From positions 15,038,912 to 15,102,911 of the forward strand of contig NC_092675.1 in the NCBI RefSeq assembly GCF_964355755.1: DNA of 64,000 nt, read 5' to 3'. How positions within the stretch are numbered: position 1 is the first letter of the stretch; each line of letters opens with the position of its first letter. Under the pieces are notes generated by a model, which saw only the letters and a list, made by a program, of their open reading frames with translations, was not told where the DNA came from and did not search any database. Below, in pieces: positions 13,201-25,542 of this stretch. The DNA is from Antedon mediterranea. Taxonomy: Eukaryota > Animalia > Echinodermata. The position numbers were made by a program, and so were the translations under genes.

Positions 13201-15055
13201 CTATACCGATCAACACATATTCATCATCATATACAAATCCGAAAATAATATAAATATTATATTAAATTTTATTTTTTGTTTTTTACTTCTTTTTTTAAAA
13301 ATATTAAATAAACAAAACATTTTTTGCAGGTAATTCATCGTGATTTAGCAGCAAGGAACGTACTAATTGATCATAATTTGACAGCTAAAGTTTCAGATTT
13401 TGGTCTTTCCAGAGATGAAAATATGTACGTCATGACAACAACGGTATGTATAATTTCTTCAAATCATCATCATCGGAGTAACGTGCCTGCATTCGACCAT
13501 GCATGCTCTCTTTATTTTTCGAGAGTTTTTGTGTTGCGTAATATTTGATGTTGTCTTTTTGTTTTTCCTGTTAAATGAATAGGTCCATGGTTAAACAACC
13601 CCGTTCTCTTCTCTTAATAATACTTTCATATTCGGCGCGCCAATATTGAAAAAAAAAAACAGATACCTTGGGTTTTAATACGCTTTTGTAACGTTACTAT
13701 CATTTTTTTTTTCTAAAATCAACAAAGCATGTTGTATAATAATTACATTCCTTTTATAGTTTCTTAATGAATAATTGTATATTTTACAGGGACGCGTTCC
13801 GGTGAAATGGATGGCTCCAGAATCAATAATGTACCAAACATATACGTCAAAAAGTGATGTGTAAGTATATTTGAACCTTTTTCTAGTAATAAACTAATGC
13901 CAAATTACAATAGAATTATACATTCTTAATCATTGTGATAGTCATGACTATAAACAGTATTTAGCACTTAACTACTGTACAAAATTAGTGTTTTTGATCA
14001 CAATCTTTAAACTTTTACCTAATAATAAAATACATTTCCAGTTTCCTGAGTTCGGGCGGCGTATTGCTTAGAATCGGTTTTTAAAATTATATTTGTTGTT
14101 ACATTTAATAATTTCATATTCATAGATGGTCATATGGTGTTCTTGTGTGGGAAATAACTAGTTACGGTATGTAAAGAAACAAGTAAAGTATCAACAATTC
14201 TTATTTTCTTCCAAAAAAAGAAAAAGTGTAGGGGTGGTTTTCCTCAAATCCGCCTCTGTTCATAAAAAAGTCCATTTCATTTTCTTCCATTCATTTTTAT
14301 TGGTTATACTGTAGAGATATTATATAATGATTACAAATAATACAGCCATAAATAATAGAAAAGAATACTTAATTTGGTGGTGGTACTGTACGTGGTAACC
14401 ATTAAAAAGTTGATTATTAAAATATTTTTAATCAACAAGATTTCCTTTTTTAATTCAATTTTTATTTAAAGTAAATAGTCGATAGATCTCCCAAATAATT
14501 AAGCTATTATAACAAAATATAGGCGCGGCCTTACCGCCTTGGCGAAGGTTAACACATCTTAACATATTCTGACAAAGAATGACGGTCATCAATGTGTCTA
14601 AAGTAAGATTTAAAACAAAATTTTTTTTTAAATAGGAGACATACCTTACGCAGACGCAGATGGAAAATCATTAATACATTTTCTTGGTGAACATAAACGA
14701 CTAGAAAAACCAAAGTATTGCAGCCAACGAGTGTAAGTTTTATTATTATGCGCTGCCGGCGTATGTTTCAGTTCCATTTTAATGAAAAACCCATTTAATA
14801 TTAACAATACGTATAATTGATTATATTTATTGTAGATATGATATCATGCGTTCCTGTTGGCAGATGGAGCCCAAGGAAAGGCCATCCTTCATAGAATTGT
14901 CACAGAAATTTGATGAATTATACCACGAGCAAGTTAGAAAATACTTTACAGAAGCTCCTCAGACGAGTGTTGATGTCGATACGTATACTGAAATGAAACC
15001 TAACACCGATATCAAAATACATTTGGGAATGACTCCCTCTGAAATGACCGTTTGA
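1164..15055 (+). CDS. Tie/TEK-family receptor tyrosine kinase, gene 1 (complete, 20 coding exons, ~1051 aa; SP-Ig-Ig-FN3x3-RPTP-type FN3-like-TM-TK)
   Basis: Phase-consistent GT-AG exons: 1164-1218, 2995-3243, 3788-4075, 4507-4839, 5139-5209, 5976-6207, 6849-6943, 7262-7469, 7645-7735, 8690-8930, 9152-9224, 10840-11012, 12189-12378, 12588-12698, 12818-13020, 13330-13443, 13790-13860, 14126-14166, 14636-14732, 14836-15055 (3156 nt, open). Kinase motifs [26 protein letters not shown] and a Tie-like short activation loop [22 protein letters not shown]; FN3 motifs [13 protein letters not shown] as in Tie2. Confidence 0.9.
2995..3243 (+). CDS. Gene 1 exon 2, Ig-like domain
   Basis: TTTTTAG acceptor and GTAAG donor; [17 protein letters not shown]. 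Confidence 0.88.
3788..4075 (+). CDS. Gene 1 exon 3, Ig-like domain
   Basis: [11 protein letters not shown]...YTCSV; phase 1-1. Confidence 0.88.
4507..4839 (+). CDS. Gene 1 exon 4, FN3 domain
   Basis: [24 protein letters not shown], resembling Tie FN3-1. Confidence 0.88.
5139..5209 (+). CDS. Gene 1 exon 5, FN3 N-half
   Basis: [23 protein letters not shown]; phase 1-0. Confidence 0.85.
5976..6207 (+). CDS. Gene 1 exon 6, FN3 C-half
   Basis: [19 protein letters not shown]; phase 0-1. Confidence 0.87.
6849..6943 (+). CDS. Gene 1 exon 7, FN3 N-half
   Basis: TTGCAG acceptor, GTATGC donor; phase 1-0 and open. Confidence 0.8.
7262..7469 (+). CDS. Gene 1 exon 8, FN3 C-half
   Basis: [17 protein letters not shown]; GTAAG donor. 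Confidence 0.85.
7645..7735 (+). CDS. Gene 1 exon 9
   Basis: Polypyrimidine-TAG acceptor, GTAAG donor; phase 1-2. Confidence 0.8.
7841..8653 (+). mobile_element. Probable 5'-truncated non-LTR retrotransposon 3' end
   Basis: Intronic ORF resembling a LINE ORF2 C-terminus (FMLNC..LQEVR..KKAWAFR), then a T-rich 3' UTR, AATAAA and an (ATT)n tail at 8630-8653. Confidence 0.5.
8690..8930 (+). CDS. Gene 1 exon 10, RPTP-type membrane-proximal FN3-like domain
   Basis: [31 protein letters not shown]; GTGAGT donor. Confidence 0.87.
9152..9224 (+). CDS. Gene 1 exon 11, extracellular stalk
   Basis: TTTTTAG acceptor, GTCAGT donor; phase 0-1. Confidence 0.78.
9380..10560 (+). mobile_element. Degenerate LINE reverse-transcriptase fragment (CR1/L2-group-like)
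   Basis: Frameshifted RT motifs [40 protein letters not shown] and PTLTYG. Confidence 0.85.
10840..11012 (+). CDS. Gene 1 exon 12, transmembrane and juxtamembrane
   Basis: [26 protein letters not shown] followed by a KR stop-transfer. Confidence 0.88.
11043..12068 (+). mobile_element. Truncated copy of the non-autonomous Helitron family at 34.3-37 kb
   Basis: Long near-identical blocks (e.g. ggttcaacgatttgccc.., cggaagtaattcccagggtgctaattttag) shared with 34330-37050; both termini missing. Confidence 0.8.
12189..12378 (+). CDS. Gene 1 exon 13, kinase N-lobe (Gly loop, VAIK)
   Basis: IGRGNFGEV...VAIKTL. Confidence 0.93.
12588..12698 (+). CDS. Gene 1 exon 14, kinase alphaC
   Basis: [25 protein letters not shown]. 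Confidence 0.92.
12818..13020 (+). CDS. Gene 1 exon 15, kinase hinge
   Basis: [26 protein letters not shown]. Confidence 0.93.
13330..13443 (+). CDS. Gene 1 exon 16, catalytic loop and DFG
   Basis: [21 protein letters not shown]. Confidence 0.95.
13790..13860 (+). CDS. Gene 1 exon 17, kinase P+1 loop
   Basis: [19 protein letters not shown]. Confidence 0.93.
14126..14166 (+). CDS. Gene 1 exon 18, kinase subdomain IX
   Basis: [14 protein letters not shown]. Confidence 0.92.
14636..14732 (+). CDS. Gene 1 exon 19, kinase C-lobe
   Basis: [16 protein letters not shown]. Confidence 0.92.
14836..15055 (+). CDS. Gene 1 exon 20, kinase end and C-terminal tail
   Basis: [26 protein letters not shown]-stop; AATAAA overlaps the stop codon (15055-15060). 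Confidence 0.92.
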
Positions 15056-18000
15056 ATAAACGTGATTTGAAACCTTGCATTGCAATATATAGCGACATCA
15101 ACTGCCCGAGTTGTATCACGAGGTGAATGAAGAAGAAAACAAAAAGTAATGGTGAATAATAATAAATAATGTATATTATTGTATATAAAATGTTTGTGTA
15201 AACATTAAAGGCTGGACTTTGCAATTTTGTGTAAAAAGGTTACTTGAAAAATTAGTTGTAGATTGTATATAATAGGCCTATTTCCTTTTAATTGTCTGTT
15301 AATTATTAAATAACAGTAAACAAATAGGCCTACACTAAATAGATAAAATCTCTGGACTTCTACACCCAACATCCACTTCTCCCGACCCCTTAGTTGGTGA
15401 AGTGTCCTACTTGAAGTTTTGGGGGTTCTGGGGTTTATAAGGGGGGGGTGAAGAAGCCATATTGGGTTTTCCCTTTCCATAGGTGGAGCGTTTTAGAGAT
15501 GTGACTTGTTTGTACATATAACAATGTGCTTATGGCAGGATCACACAGACTCATTTCCTGACCTCTGGTTGGTTTTTGCGCAATTTAATGATTGGTCGCA
15601 ACAAGTAGTAAATTTATTCGAAATGCTATACTGACGTTTTCTATTCGAGCCAATAGATTCGCTTTAATTAATTGTCCTGGCATTTCAGTTTATTTATCAT
15701 AATTCGAAATTAGATTCAAATAAGGATGTACCGTTATATAGAGTAAGAATTATCCAAATCTCAATAATATCAAATGTAATTGTTTGCTTTATCCTGAAGT
15801 TCTAAAAAGAAAATGACGAGTAGGTTGTTGTTTTTACATAATAGTGGGTAATATAGTAGGCCTAGTTTATTCCGGAATTAATCAATTTGATGGTTTTTTT
15901 CGGTAACTGACGTATAGTATTCTATAGTATTCAAAATTGAAAAATAAGATCTCACCTTAGGGAAATAATAATAGATAATAGAATATTCTTATGTGTGTAA
16001 TTTTAGGACGAAAAAATAGGCCTATATGCTGATTTCTATATTGTGGCCTGATCATCCATCAATATCATTTAAACGTATTTAATATTTCTATGGAAATTAG
16101 AAATATACAGACAAACATAATACAACTATATTGTTACCCATATTTCCAATAATAACGTGTGATTGTATAATCTAATTATACGTACATTATTAGGTACAGT
16201 GCTATATTTAAAAATTGACATTTTCAGGCTAATAAAGTTGAAAACCAGGGTTTAATAAGTGAATTTGATGATTGACATTTTAGGGGGACTTCAGACAACT
16301 TTTATTCATTCAAATATTAATATGTTATGTTTCCAACAGCGAACAACCCGCCAATTACAAGATGAATAAATTATTTTATAATTTATAATTTTGTTAGGCA
16401 TATAATCCCTATTCATAGAAAACATTACATTATTAAAGAAGTTGCAAACTGTAAAACCTGCAGATTGATACTGGTACTTATTAGTTATTCCATGAGTACA
16501 ATATAAATTTACATTCTTCTTTGTATATATCGAATATGGAGTATGAATTTACTATTAGGACCAACGCAGATTGACGTTACGTTAATTCATTTTGCTTTGA
16601 AACACGTTTAGATTAATTAAATAGGTTGATATTTGCTATTATATTAAATTTAAAATAATTATAACAACTTTAAAGATTTCAGTCCGAATTGATCAGACAC
16701 TGCAGAATCTATACGTTCACACTGTCTCACACCAACACCTGTTTTGAGAATTAAGTCTCTCTTTACATTTTGGTTCATTCTAACTTATGTTATTAAACAA
16801 GAAACTGTTCTAAAAATGTATATAACCTGTATTCATAATGCCTATTAAATGTTCTTTCCCCACTTTTATATAATATGTCATTCTCAGCATGTATATTTTA
16901 ATTTTGAATGTGACTTCAAATCCAAGATGGCCACCATTATTTAAAATGGCAGGCTGCTAAATTGACTTTTGACATTTAATTTTGCCTATTAAATTGCCTT
17001 TCTAAATTGTTTAGATGGGTATGTCATCCTCAGGCATGTATCTTAAATCCAAATCCAAGATCTTAATAAAGTATTTATTTTTTAGGTTTGTGTTGACCAC
17101 CCTCTATAGAAGACCAAATCTTACATAATATTATTCATGTACGATGTTTTCTAATTTAATTATACAAACAGAAAACAACAAAATGTCTATATTTCAAAGG
17201 CGAAAATAAATTATTAAATGTAATTGCAAACTCCAGTCAATAATAAAACGATTATGATTAGAAATATGCTGTATACTTTTTATTTTAAACAGTAGGTCTT
17301 TAATGTAACATTTTATTTTATATATACCTGTATTACAAAAATAAACACACAGAATGTATAAAGCATAGATTTATTAATAACGAAACATAATACGATCAAA
17401 CACAATTTCTTTATTTCAACATACATTTTATTTTCTACATGTTTTTAATTTCAAAGAGAGGTTCAGTGAAGATCACAAGGAAGACCAATCACACTAATAC
17501 GAATGGCAAACTAAATGTGAACACATTCTAACCCTACTCATTTTCATATGATTATGTGGTTACTTTAGTAGGGTTAGAATATTTTCACATAATGTATTTA
17601 GTACATATTACACAACTAAATAATTTTTCTGTCTCTTTTGTGGCGTTAACCACTACTTTTATTCATTTCATTTTTCAAATGATCAATACAATGATTGTAT
17701 ACATCTTCTTAATTTCTATATTCAACTGTTGTTCTGATATTTTCCCCCAAAATAATTCGATTAGTATGTTCGTAACAATTCTATACTTTTATATTTCTCG
17801 CATTAGGCCTATCCATCTTTTTTCATAATTTTCTTTTATTTTGCTACTTTGCTCTACATCTAAAACTTAAATATTTAAATGTACTAAAAAAAAAAATTTC
17901 TATTGCAATGTATCGTAATTATTTTTCACATTTTCCTTGTTTTAAATTCATCGCGTAACAATAGGCATAAATTATGTTCCTGTACATGTACACACAAACA

Positions 18001-19259
18001 CACAAGTGCATATATTCGCATACATTCATAATTTCATATATACATCATATATATTATTTCATTAAAAAAAAGAAGAAAACAAAAATTATAATAATTATAA
18101 AATGTTTTACAATTTCTTTTCTTACTCTTGTGTCCCATGGTTGTATTCGTTGCTTATCTTCTCGTGCGTTAATCTTATGTTGCGTTTCGTTTTGTTTTTA
18201 ATTTTTATTTATTTTATTTTTTTTAAATTATTATTTCTATATAACATTATAGTGTTTTTAAAAATCATAACTTTACCTAATTGTGTGCCATGTATCAAGC
18301 ATTTTTTTAAAGATTGAATTTTTTCAGATCAAACACTTTCACCTTTGCAAGATCACCTGTAAAATAGTCAATCTATTTCTCACATTGTTTATACAAAGTA
18401 TCAGCTGAATGTAATCACAATCTAAATTTTCTCTCGATGTTTTGTGTACAGTTGATCTGATTTGATTAGTTTCCGAGTGAAATCTATTGCATTAGTTTCA
18501 CTTGCCTCAGTCTGTTGGTTCCTTTGTGTAGTCATCCTTTACCTTTTCAGAAGGTGCGTTGCATTTTGTGGGGTTTCTCTTGGAATGGGTTAAATCAATC
18601 ATTCATTCATTCTGGTAGCGATCTACTGAAATTTCTGTTTTAACAAAAAACTTATACACATAATATTGTATGCGTAACGTCAGTAGCGTATGATTTGCGT
18701 TTATTTTGTTTTTGTCGGACGTATCCACTTTGCATTTATTTTACTATAAATTTACCTTACATTTATACACCCAAAATAATGTATGCATGTCAATAGCATC
18801 TCTCTTTATATTCAAACCGTGCAATACACTCTATACATATTTTCTTTATTTCTGTTTCTCTTCTTTTGTTTTACTTAATTGGTTTTAAATTAAAAGTTTT
18901 AAATTGTGTAGAAAAGGTTTGATTACGTAAACAGTATACTTTAATATGCCAAACACCGAGATCAATTACAGATCTAACCATAACCATCATTATGCACTCG
19001 CATACAATTATATTTCCTATATCAATTCTCACTATTCATTCATATCCTTTTATTTTATTTTTGTCATTGTTGTAATGTCCGAACTTTTATATGTCGGCGT
19101 AGTTATATCAAGAAACCTTTTACAACTGTATTATTTAATTTTAGTTAACCCCATACTGCACGTAGTGCATACTTATTTTACACCTCTGTTGTTATACCAA
19201 TTGTTTTATACTTCCTTAGTCCGTTAATTTTCATTATTATTTAAAACTTACTTATGTTT

Positions 19260-19920
19260 CATACACCTCATTTATTTCATTATTTTGAAAAAATGACGGA
19301 ATAAAAATACCATTTAAATTATACTGCACATTTTGCATACTTAATTAAACCTTTTAAAATACCGACACTACATGATGTCATGTAACTAATTCGAATTATA
19401 TAACCGCTCTATATATCCGAAACACAACACCTATTGTTTCATATTTGTTTTCATTTATTCAACTTCTCACTAACTCTGTTAGTGAAGGATAGGGACCAAC
19501 AGGTGGTAAACACCTCTAAAGCGGTCTAGTCCCAATTACAGTGGATGTGTGTGACAGTGACTGTGTTTGTGTGGACAAGTAAACCGGGGTAACTCCACTC
19601 GTTTCGAAAGATGTACTAGGTTCTTTAAAGTGCACATGAGCTATGTTTACACTGGACCTAGTCATTTGGGGTTTTTACAGTATTCCATGAACCATGGAGT
19701 AAGTAAGTAGCATTACTCCATGCATGAACTGACTGGTGTTTGATACATCTTATTTAATTATTTTGAAAAACTGACTACAAAATACCATTTAAATTATACT
19801 GCACATGGTGCATACTTAATTAAACCTTTTAAAATTACTGACACCACATGATGTCATGTAACTCATTTTATATAAAACCTCTATTGTTATATATCCGAAA
19901 CACAACACCTATTGTTTTAT
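19260..19920. repeat. ~180-bp direct duplication (19260-19445 / 19740-19920) flanking a Deu-SINE fragment
   Basis: aaaataccatttaaattatactgcaca..atatatccgaaacacaacacctattg occurs twice. Confidence 0.8.
19490..19662 (-). mobile_element. Deu/Nin-domain SINE fragment
   Basis: accggggtaact..ttcgaa..ggttctttaaagtgcac..acactggacc matches the central domain of the SINE at 57876-58224. Confidence 0.65.
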
Positions 19921-20547
19921 GCTTTATTTGTCATTCTTTCTATTGTGACTATAAAAGCATATCCTACTTGATACTAAACTGTTTCCACGTGGATTTGTGA
20001 CCAAAAACAAGACAGTACTGATGTTTGGCTGAATATAGTATACAGTAATATAGTTACAGTATTTTATTAATATGTCAGTAGTTATTATAAAGTGCACGTC
20101 ATTTTCAACATTCGAAGTAAAAGTTAAAATTGTTTTTTTTTAAACTAAGAATGTATTATGTTATTAGGTGGACGTATATTTAACGTGTTAATTATTAGAA
20201 GTCATTGTCTTTGTTGGTCAGGTTATATTGTGTTTTACTCTAATTTAATTTTTATCACTTGTTTTCTTTTCTTGTATTTTCATTAATTTGTATCAAATAA
20301 AGAATGAATGGACGAACGAATGCATGAATGTTATTTAATGGTAAGGCTGTAAACCGTTTAATGGAATCGTAAAATATCATAAATTGCCACTACATAAAAC
20401 CAGTGGTGGCGCCAGCGGGGGGGCTACGGGGGCTCTAACCCCCTCGTCGGGGAGCCTAGCCCCCCCGTCGGGGAACACGGGTACTTTTTGTCGGGGAATA
20501 TAATATACAGTAAAAAACGTTCGCGTTCACTTCATATAGCTTCAGCG

Positions 20548-21633
20548 GGGTGTCACGAAAGCTCAGACCACGAAAGCTCAGACCCCCTAAGACCTAAGAT
20601 CACGAAAGCTAAGACCCAACACCTAAGATTACAAATATTTATCTTTCGCACCTGCCTTGTATTTTAACTCCCAACATTTATTCTGAATACCACACCTTAG
20701 AATTGGCACTTTCATGAAAAAGAATCACATAAAAAGTAACAAATACATTTTTAAATTTATGATTTTACAGACGTTTTTCTCGCACACAAAATGACTAGCC
20801 TACAGTACAGTAGGCCTACCCCATGAGCCATGTTCAATGTTTTTGTTTCTATGGAACGTCAAAAGAGCAAAAATTATATAGAGGGCTGAAAACTCTGTGG
20901 AGTCCATCTACAGTGTGGATGGAACAATGTAAAATTAAAATTGTAATGATAATAGTATAATCATGCAAGTACGAAGAAATAAATACTGGCAAATAAATTT
21001 TAATTTAAAAATCACGATAAGTTTTTTTGTTTCGTTTTCTTTCTGTTTTTATACTTGTACTATTATTGTTGCTCTTTTGGCGCTCCATAGAAACAAAAAC
21101 ATTGAGCATGGGGAGCTCGAGGAGTTACATTGTCATTACAGTATACAAAGAAACACATCTGTAAAATCATCAATTTAAAGGATTTATTTATTTGTTATTA
21201 TGTGTTTCTCCTTCTGAAAGTACTTATAAGTCCTAATTTTAAAGTGTGGTGTTCAGGATAAAGTTAGTCAACAAATTTGGAGTCAAAATACAAGAAAGGC
21301 AGGTGCGTAAGAAAAACATCCTCTGAAGCAACACAATGGAGTAAATATATACCAACAAACAACCCGTCAAGTTTGTTTGTTGTAAAGAAAAAATATACAT
21401 TTACTCAACGGGCGAAAATAATGTGAGTTTATCTATGTTTTGCGGTAGTATTAAATTATATTTATGGTAATAAATGAAACCTACTGTGTTTAAAATTATG
21501 TATGGATAAACAAGTATTGTTTTTAAGCTGTAGTATATCTTAGTATTTGTAATCTTAGGTGTTGGGTCTTAGCTTTCGTGATCTTAGGTCTTAGGGGGTC
21601 TGAGCTTTCGTGGTCTGAGCTTTCGTGACACCC
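20548..21633. mobile_element. MULE/foldback-like MITE nested in the hAT element
   Basis: ~90-bp TIRs GGGTGTCACGAAAGCTCAGACC..; 10-bp TSD AGCTTCAGCG; the empty site is visible in the neighbouring tandem unit (~21960). Confidence 0.88.
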
Positions 21634-21892
21634 AGCTTCAGCGCCTAGAAAACCACGACGTTCCATTGACCGTGAGAGTACGTCAGAGGGCTATTATGCA
21701 CTTTTATGCATTCATTTATTGCCAGCGATCTAACTTACTACTAAACATTAGCTAGGTACGCACTTGTCTGGCGGTATCCCTTTGTACGAATCGTTCAACG
21801 TTGGGTCGAGACGCCTGATATCAAGTTCCATCCAGGGACCAAAATGTGTAATGTAGTTATTTTCCAGGCGAAGTTTACCGACGGTTACCGAA

Positions 21893-22520
21893 AGGAACAC
21901 GGGTACTTTTTGTCGGGGAATATAATATACAGTAAAAAACGTTCGCGTTCACTTCATATAGCTTCAGCGCCTAGAAAACCACGACGTTCCATTGACCGTG
22001 AGAGTACGTCAGAGGGCTATTATGCACTTTTATGCATTCATTTATTGCCAGCGATCTAACTTAGGCCTACTACTAAACATTAGCTAGGTACGCACTTGTC
22101 TGGCGGTATCCCTTTGTACGAATCGTTCAACGTTGGGTCGAGACGCGTGATATCAAGTTCCATCCAGGGACCAAAATGTGTAATGTAGTTATTTTCCAGG
22201 TGGAGTTTACCGACGGTTACGTTACCGAAGGGAACACGGTACTTTTTGTCGGGGAATATAATATACAGTAAAAAGCGTTCGGTTCACTTCGTAGCTAGCT
22301 TCAGCGCCTAGAAAACCGCGACGTTTCATTGACCTTGAGAGTACGCCAGAGTGATATTAATGCACTTTATATGCATTCATTATTGCCAGCGATCTAACTT
22401 ACTACTAAACAATAGCTAGGTTCGCACTTGTCTGGCGGTATCCCTTTGTACGAATCGTTCAACGTTGGGTCGAGACGCGTGATATCATGTTCCATCCAGG
22501 GACCAAAATGTGTTACGTCG
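21893..22520. repeat. Tandem ~330-bp units (third unit partial; first unit 20470-21890 is interrupted by the MITE)
   Basis: ggaacacgggtactttttgtcggggaatataatatacagtaaaaa..gggaccaaaatgtg repeated three times. Confidence 0.9.
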
Positions 22521-23251
22521 TGTACTACGTCGACGTACGCTACACTACAGCAAAAACGAATTATGTTAATTGTTCGTATGTTCACCAATTTTTTTAATTT
22601 ACAAGTAACCTTCTGTACCGTGGGGCACCTAAAATAAATTTTTCATCCATTACTATAAACAAAAAAACATGCCATTTTCGCTTAGCCAACATCTTATTAT
22701 AGCTAAGTTATTACATTTTCAATGTCCTGTATGTCATGAATTTCTCACCACTCGGAAGTCCAGATGGTACGCACGCATACACTTGGGAGGAATAAATTAT
22801 AAAATGCAATTTTTTGAAGACCTGCAGCTCTAGTTTTAAACAGTTTCTTAGCTCAGCCCCAACAATAAAGCTGGTCATATTTCGAAGTACAAGAAGTGCA
22901 TTATCCGGGACCTAACATCTCTATTTTTCAAACATTTCTTAGCTCAGTCACAACCTTGATAGGGACTTATATATTTTGTTTCATGTTTTGAAGTATAATA
23001 AGTTCAATTTCCGGGACCTCCAACTCTATTTTTCTAAATTTTCTTTGAACTTTTATTTTTTAAATTGAAAAATATGGATTGAAACAGTCACCGCTCATCG
23101 TTTTTTTGCACGCAGTATTTTATTTATGCATTATAAAAAATGGAAAAAATGGCTACCCTAAATCTGATTAAAATGACCTCAAATGACGCTAGAACGCGTT
23201 GCTTCCGAGGGCTTCGCCCCCTGGACCCCCACCGGGGGCCCTTGGCGGCCC

Positions 23252-24193
23252 GCGATTTTTTTTTCGTACATAAGTTGGGGACCCCCTCATGAAACGTCAC
23301 AAAATAAACATGAATAATCATCAGTTAAATTTTCTTGTTCCGTGTGCACCCAAGCGTATAGCAACAAGAAGTGATTTAACACAAGTGCGGTACGATTCTA
23401 GGCCTATCTCGGCCGCTGTTGTTGCGGCGTGCGATTTCATAGAAGAATAGCGGCGTTTTGTGTGGATTGTCGAAATAATCAGCCTTTAGTTTATGGTGTT
23501 TTTAATATAATTTATTACTAAAGAATTACGTGTTAAAATTATAGTTTCTATTAATACTATTAGGCCTAATTATTAGTCTCTCTAAACCCATGTCTATTCT
23601 AGTAGTAGCTGTGTGTGACGTGTGTGTGTTAGGTATGACCAAAGATAGTGTAACTATCTTTGGTCAAACCATACCTCCATGGTCAAACCTATGACACAAT
23701 CCGAGTAATAAGACAGCAAAATTAAACAATAAACATTACACAAAAATACATTTTTTATTCTCGTGGGTCAAATCTTCCCATCTCATGTGTTCATATACGC
23801 GCATTTTTAAAGTTCCTTTGAGTACATGCATATTGTTTGATATAAAATAGCAGAATTAAAAAAATACAGTACACAAATTATACACATTCTTTATTCTTGT
23901 GGGTCTAAGCTTTCTTTGGGCTATGTCCAATGAATTACTACTTAGTTTAATGTCTTGCCTAGCTGTCGATTAGCCTCGACTCGACACATTTTGTGTGAAG
24001 AAGAGTGCGCGAAGGCAATCGCGTGAACTAGCTAACCTAACTGTAGAAAGTATCGTATCGCAGTTGTGTATCACTTCTTGTTGCTATACGCTTGGGTGCA
24101 CACGGAACAACAAATTTAAATGATGAATTATTCATGTTTATTTTGTGACGTTTCATGAGGGGTCCCCAACTTATGTACGAAAAAAAAAATCGC
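23252..24193. mobile_element. MULE-like MITE nested in the hAT element
   Basis: ~150-bp TIRs GCGATTTTTTTTTCGTACATAAGTTGGGGACCCC..; 9-bp TSD TGGCGGCCC. Confidence 0.88.
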
Positions 24194-24533
24194 TGGCGGC
24201 CCCCTGGCCCCCCAGCCTAGTGATGCTCGCTTCGCTCGCATAGCCCCCTCGTCGGGGAATGTAGCCCCCCGCGTCGGGAAGATCCTGGCGCCACCCCTGC
24301 ATAAAACACGTTTTCAAAATGTAATCTTCAACACTTGCTAACGTATATCATTATTTAAATACATCATAGCAATAGAGAAACACTTAAGGAAATTCACAAA
24401 GAACAATGTCTCGCACATTGTAACCACGTGACTATGTGGCATAGGTTTTTTTTTATATATTTATATTTATATAGGCCTATATAAACACAACAGGCAAAGA
24501 ACATTATATTTATATTTATATTTATATATATAT

Positions 24534-24790
24534 AAACACAGTAGGCAAAGAAGATTAATTCTAAACCGCCCGGTGATATACTGAAATTTAATTAATTAAT
24601 TTGAAACGATAAAGATGAGGAAATCTGTGAGGACTAGTGCTGTTCCGCCGTACCACGCCGAGAATGTTAAAGAGTCGCTATCCAATCAACTACATATCAA
24701 GCAGACGGTCCGAGTTCGAGTCTCGGTTGGGGGGACTTTTTCTCATTCTCACAGATTTCCTCATCTTTATCGTTTCAAATTATTTATATA
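24534..24790. mobile_element. tRNA-core element family A, head-to-head rearranged copy within (TA)n
   Basis: A minus-strand 3' part joined to a plus-strand copy lacking the 5' half of the tRNA; homologous to 54185-54497. Confidence 0.75.
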
Positions 24791-25542
24791 TATATATATT
24801 TTTTTGTTTCCTTTGTTCTTGAGCTATGGAGAAATAATTTGTTTTTTCCGAAATTAAAGATGAATGAATGAATGAAGACATATTGACACTTACAATCAGT
24901 CAGTGTATATAAATTAAGATACGCTTATTTGTGTAGACAGAAAAATGTCGAAACGCATTGCATTTTTATTTAATAAAACAAAAGATTTTCCCCTTGTGGT
25001 CACGACCCTGGATAATTTGAAATATGGTACAAGATCTAAGCCATGCATTGTCTTTAGTTTTATCTGATCGCCATAATATACTAGCTGGGCCTTATTGATA
25101 TGACAGTGCAGGAGAGTTGAAGTAGCCGTTTTAACCATGTGATTGGCTAAACTTCAGGAAGTCGGTTAAGACAATATAAGTACTTCCACCATGGGATAAA
25201 GCATTAGGTTGGTTATTGTTTGTTTTAACCAAGGCTAAAAAAAGTCAACTTGATCATTTTAGCACTATAGTAGAAATGTCAGACAAAATAACTTTAACAC
25301 CTGACTTACCTGAAATATGATTATTTAAAATGGTATATATTATATTATAGCACTAGTAGGCCTATACTAAAGAAAATAAGGTTAAAAATGTGTATCTTTG
25401 ACATTCAAAATAAAGTACACTCTGATTTACTACTGTGTTCATACGGTTTCAACTTTTCTGTATGTATATTTTCACTTTTAACCGAAAGTCATTGGTCATT
25501 GGAGTGGAGGTGGAGTTATGGCTGGGTAGTTATGATGCTTGG

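Larger units (their letters stand above)
20401..24299. mobile_element. hAT-type non-autonomous element with nested insertions and internal ~330-bp tandem repeats
   Basis: TIRs CAGTGGTGGCGCCAG / CTGGCGCCACCCCTG; 8-bp TSD CATAAAAC (20393-20400, 24300-24307); subterminal cgtcgggga repeats. Confidence 0.9.

Noticed and set aside
15360-19250. Possible gene or promoter in the intergenic region (G-rich tract, CCAAT motifs, short hydrophobic ORFs)
   Set aside because: Low-complexity AT-rich ORFs with no consistent exon chain or protein motif; cannot be supported from sequence alone.
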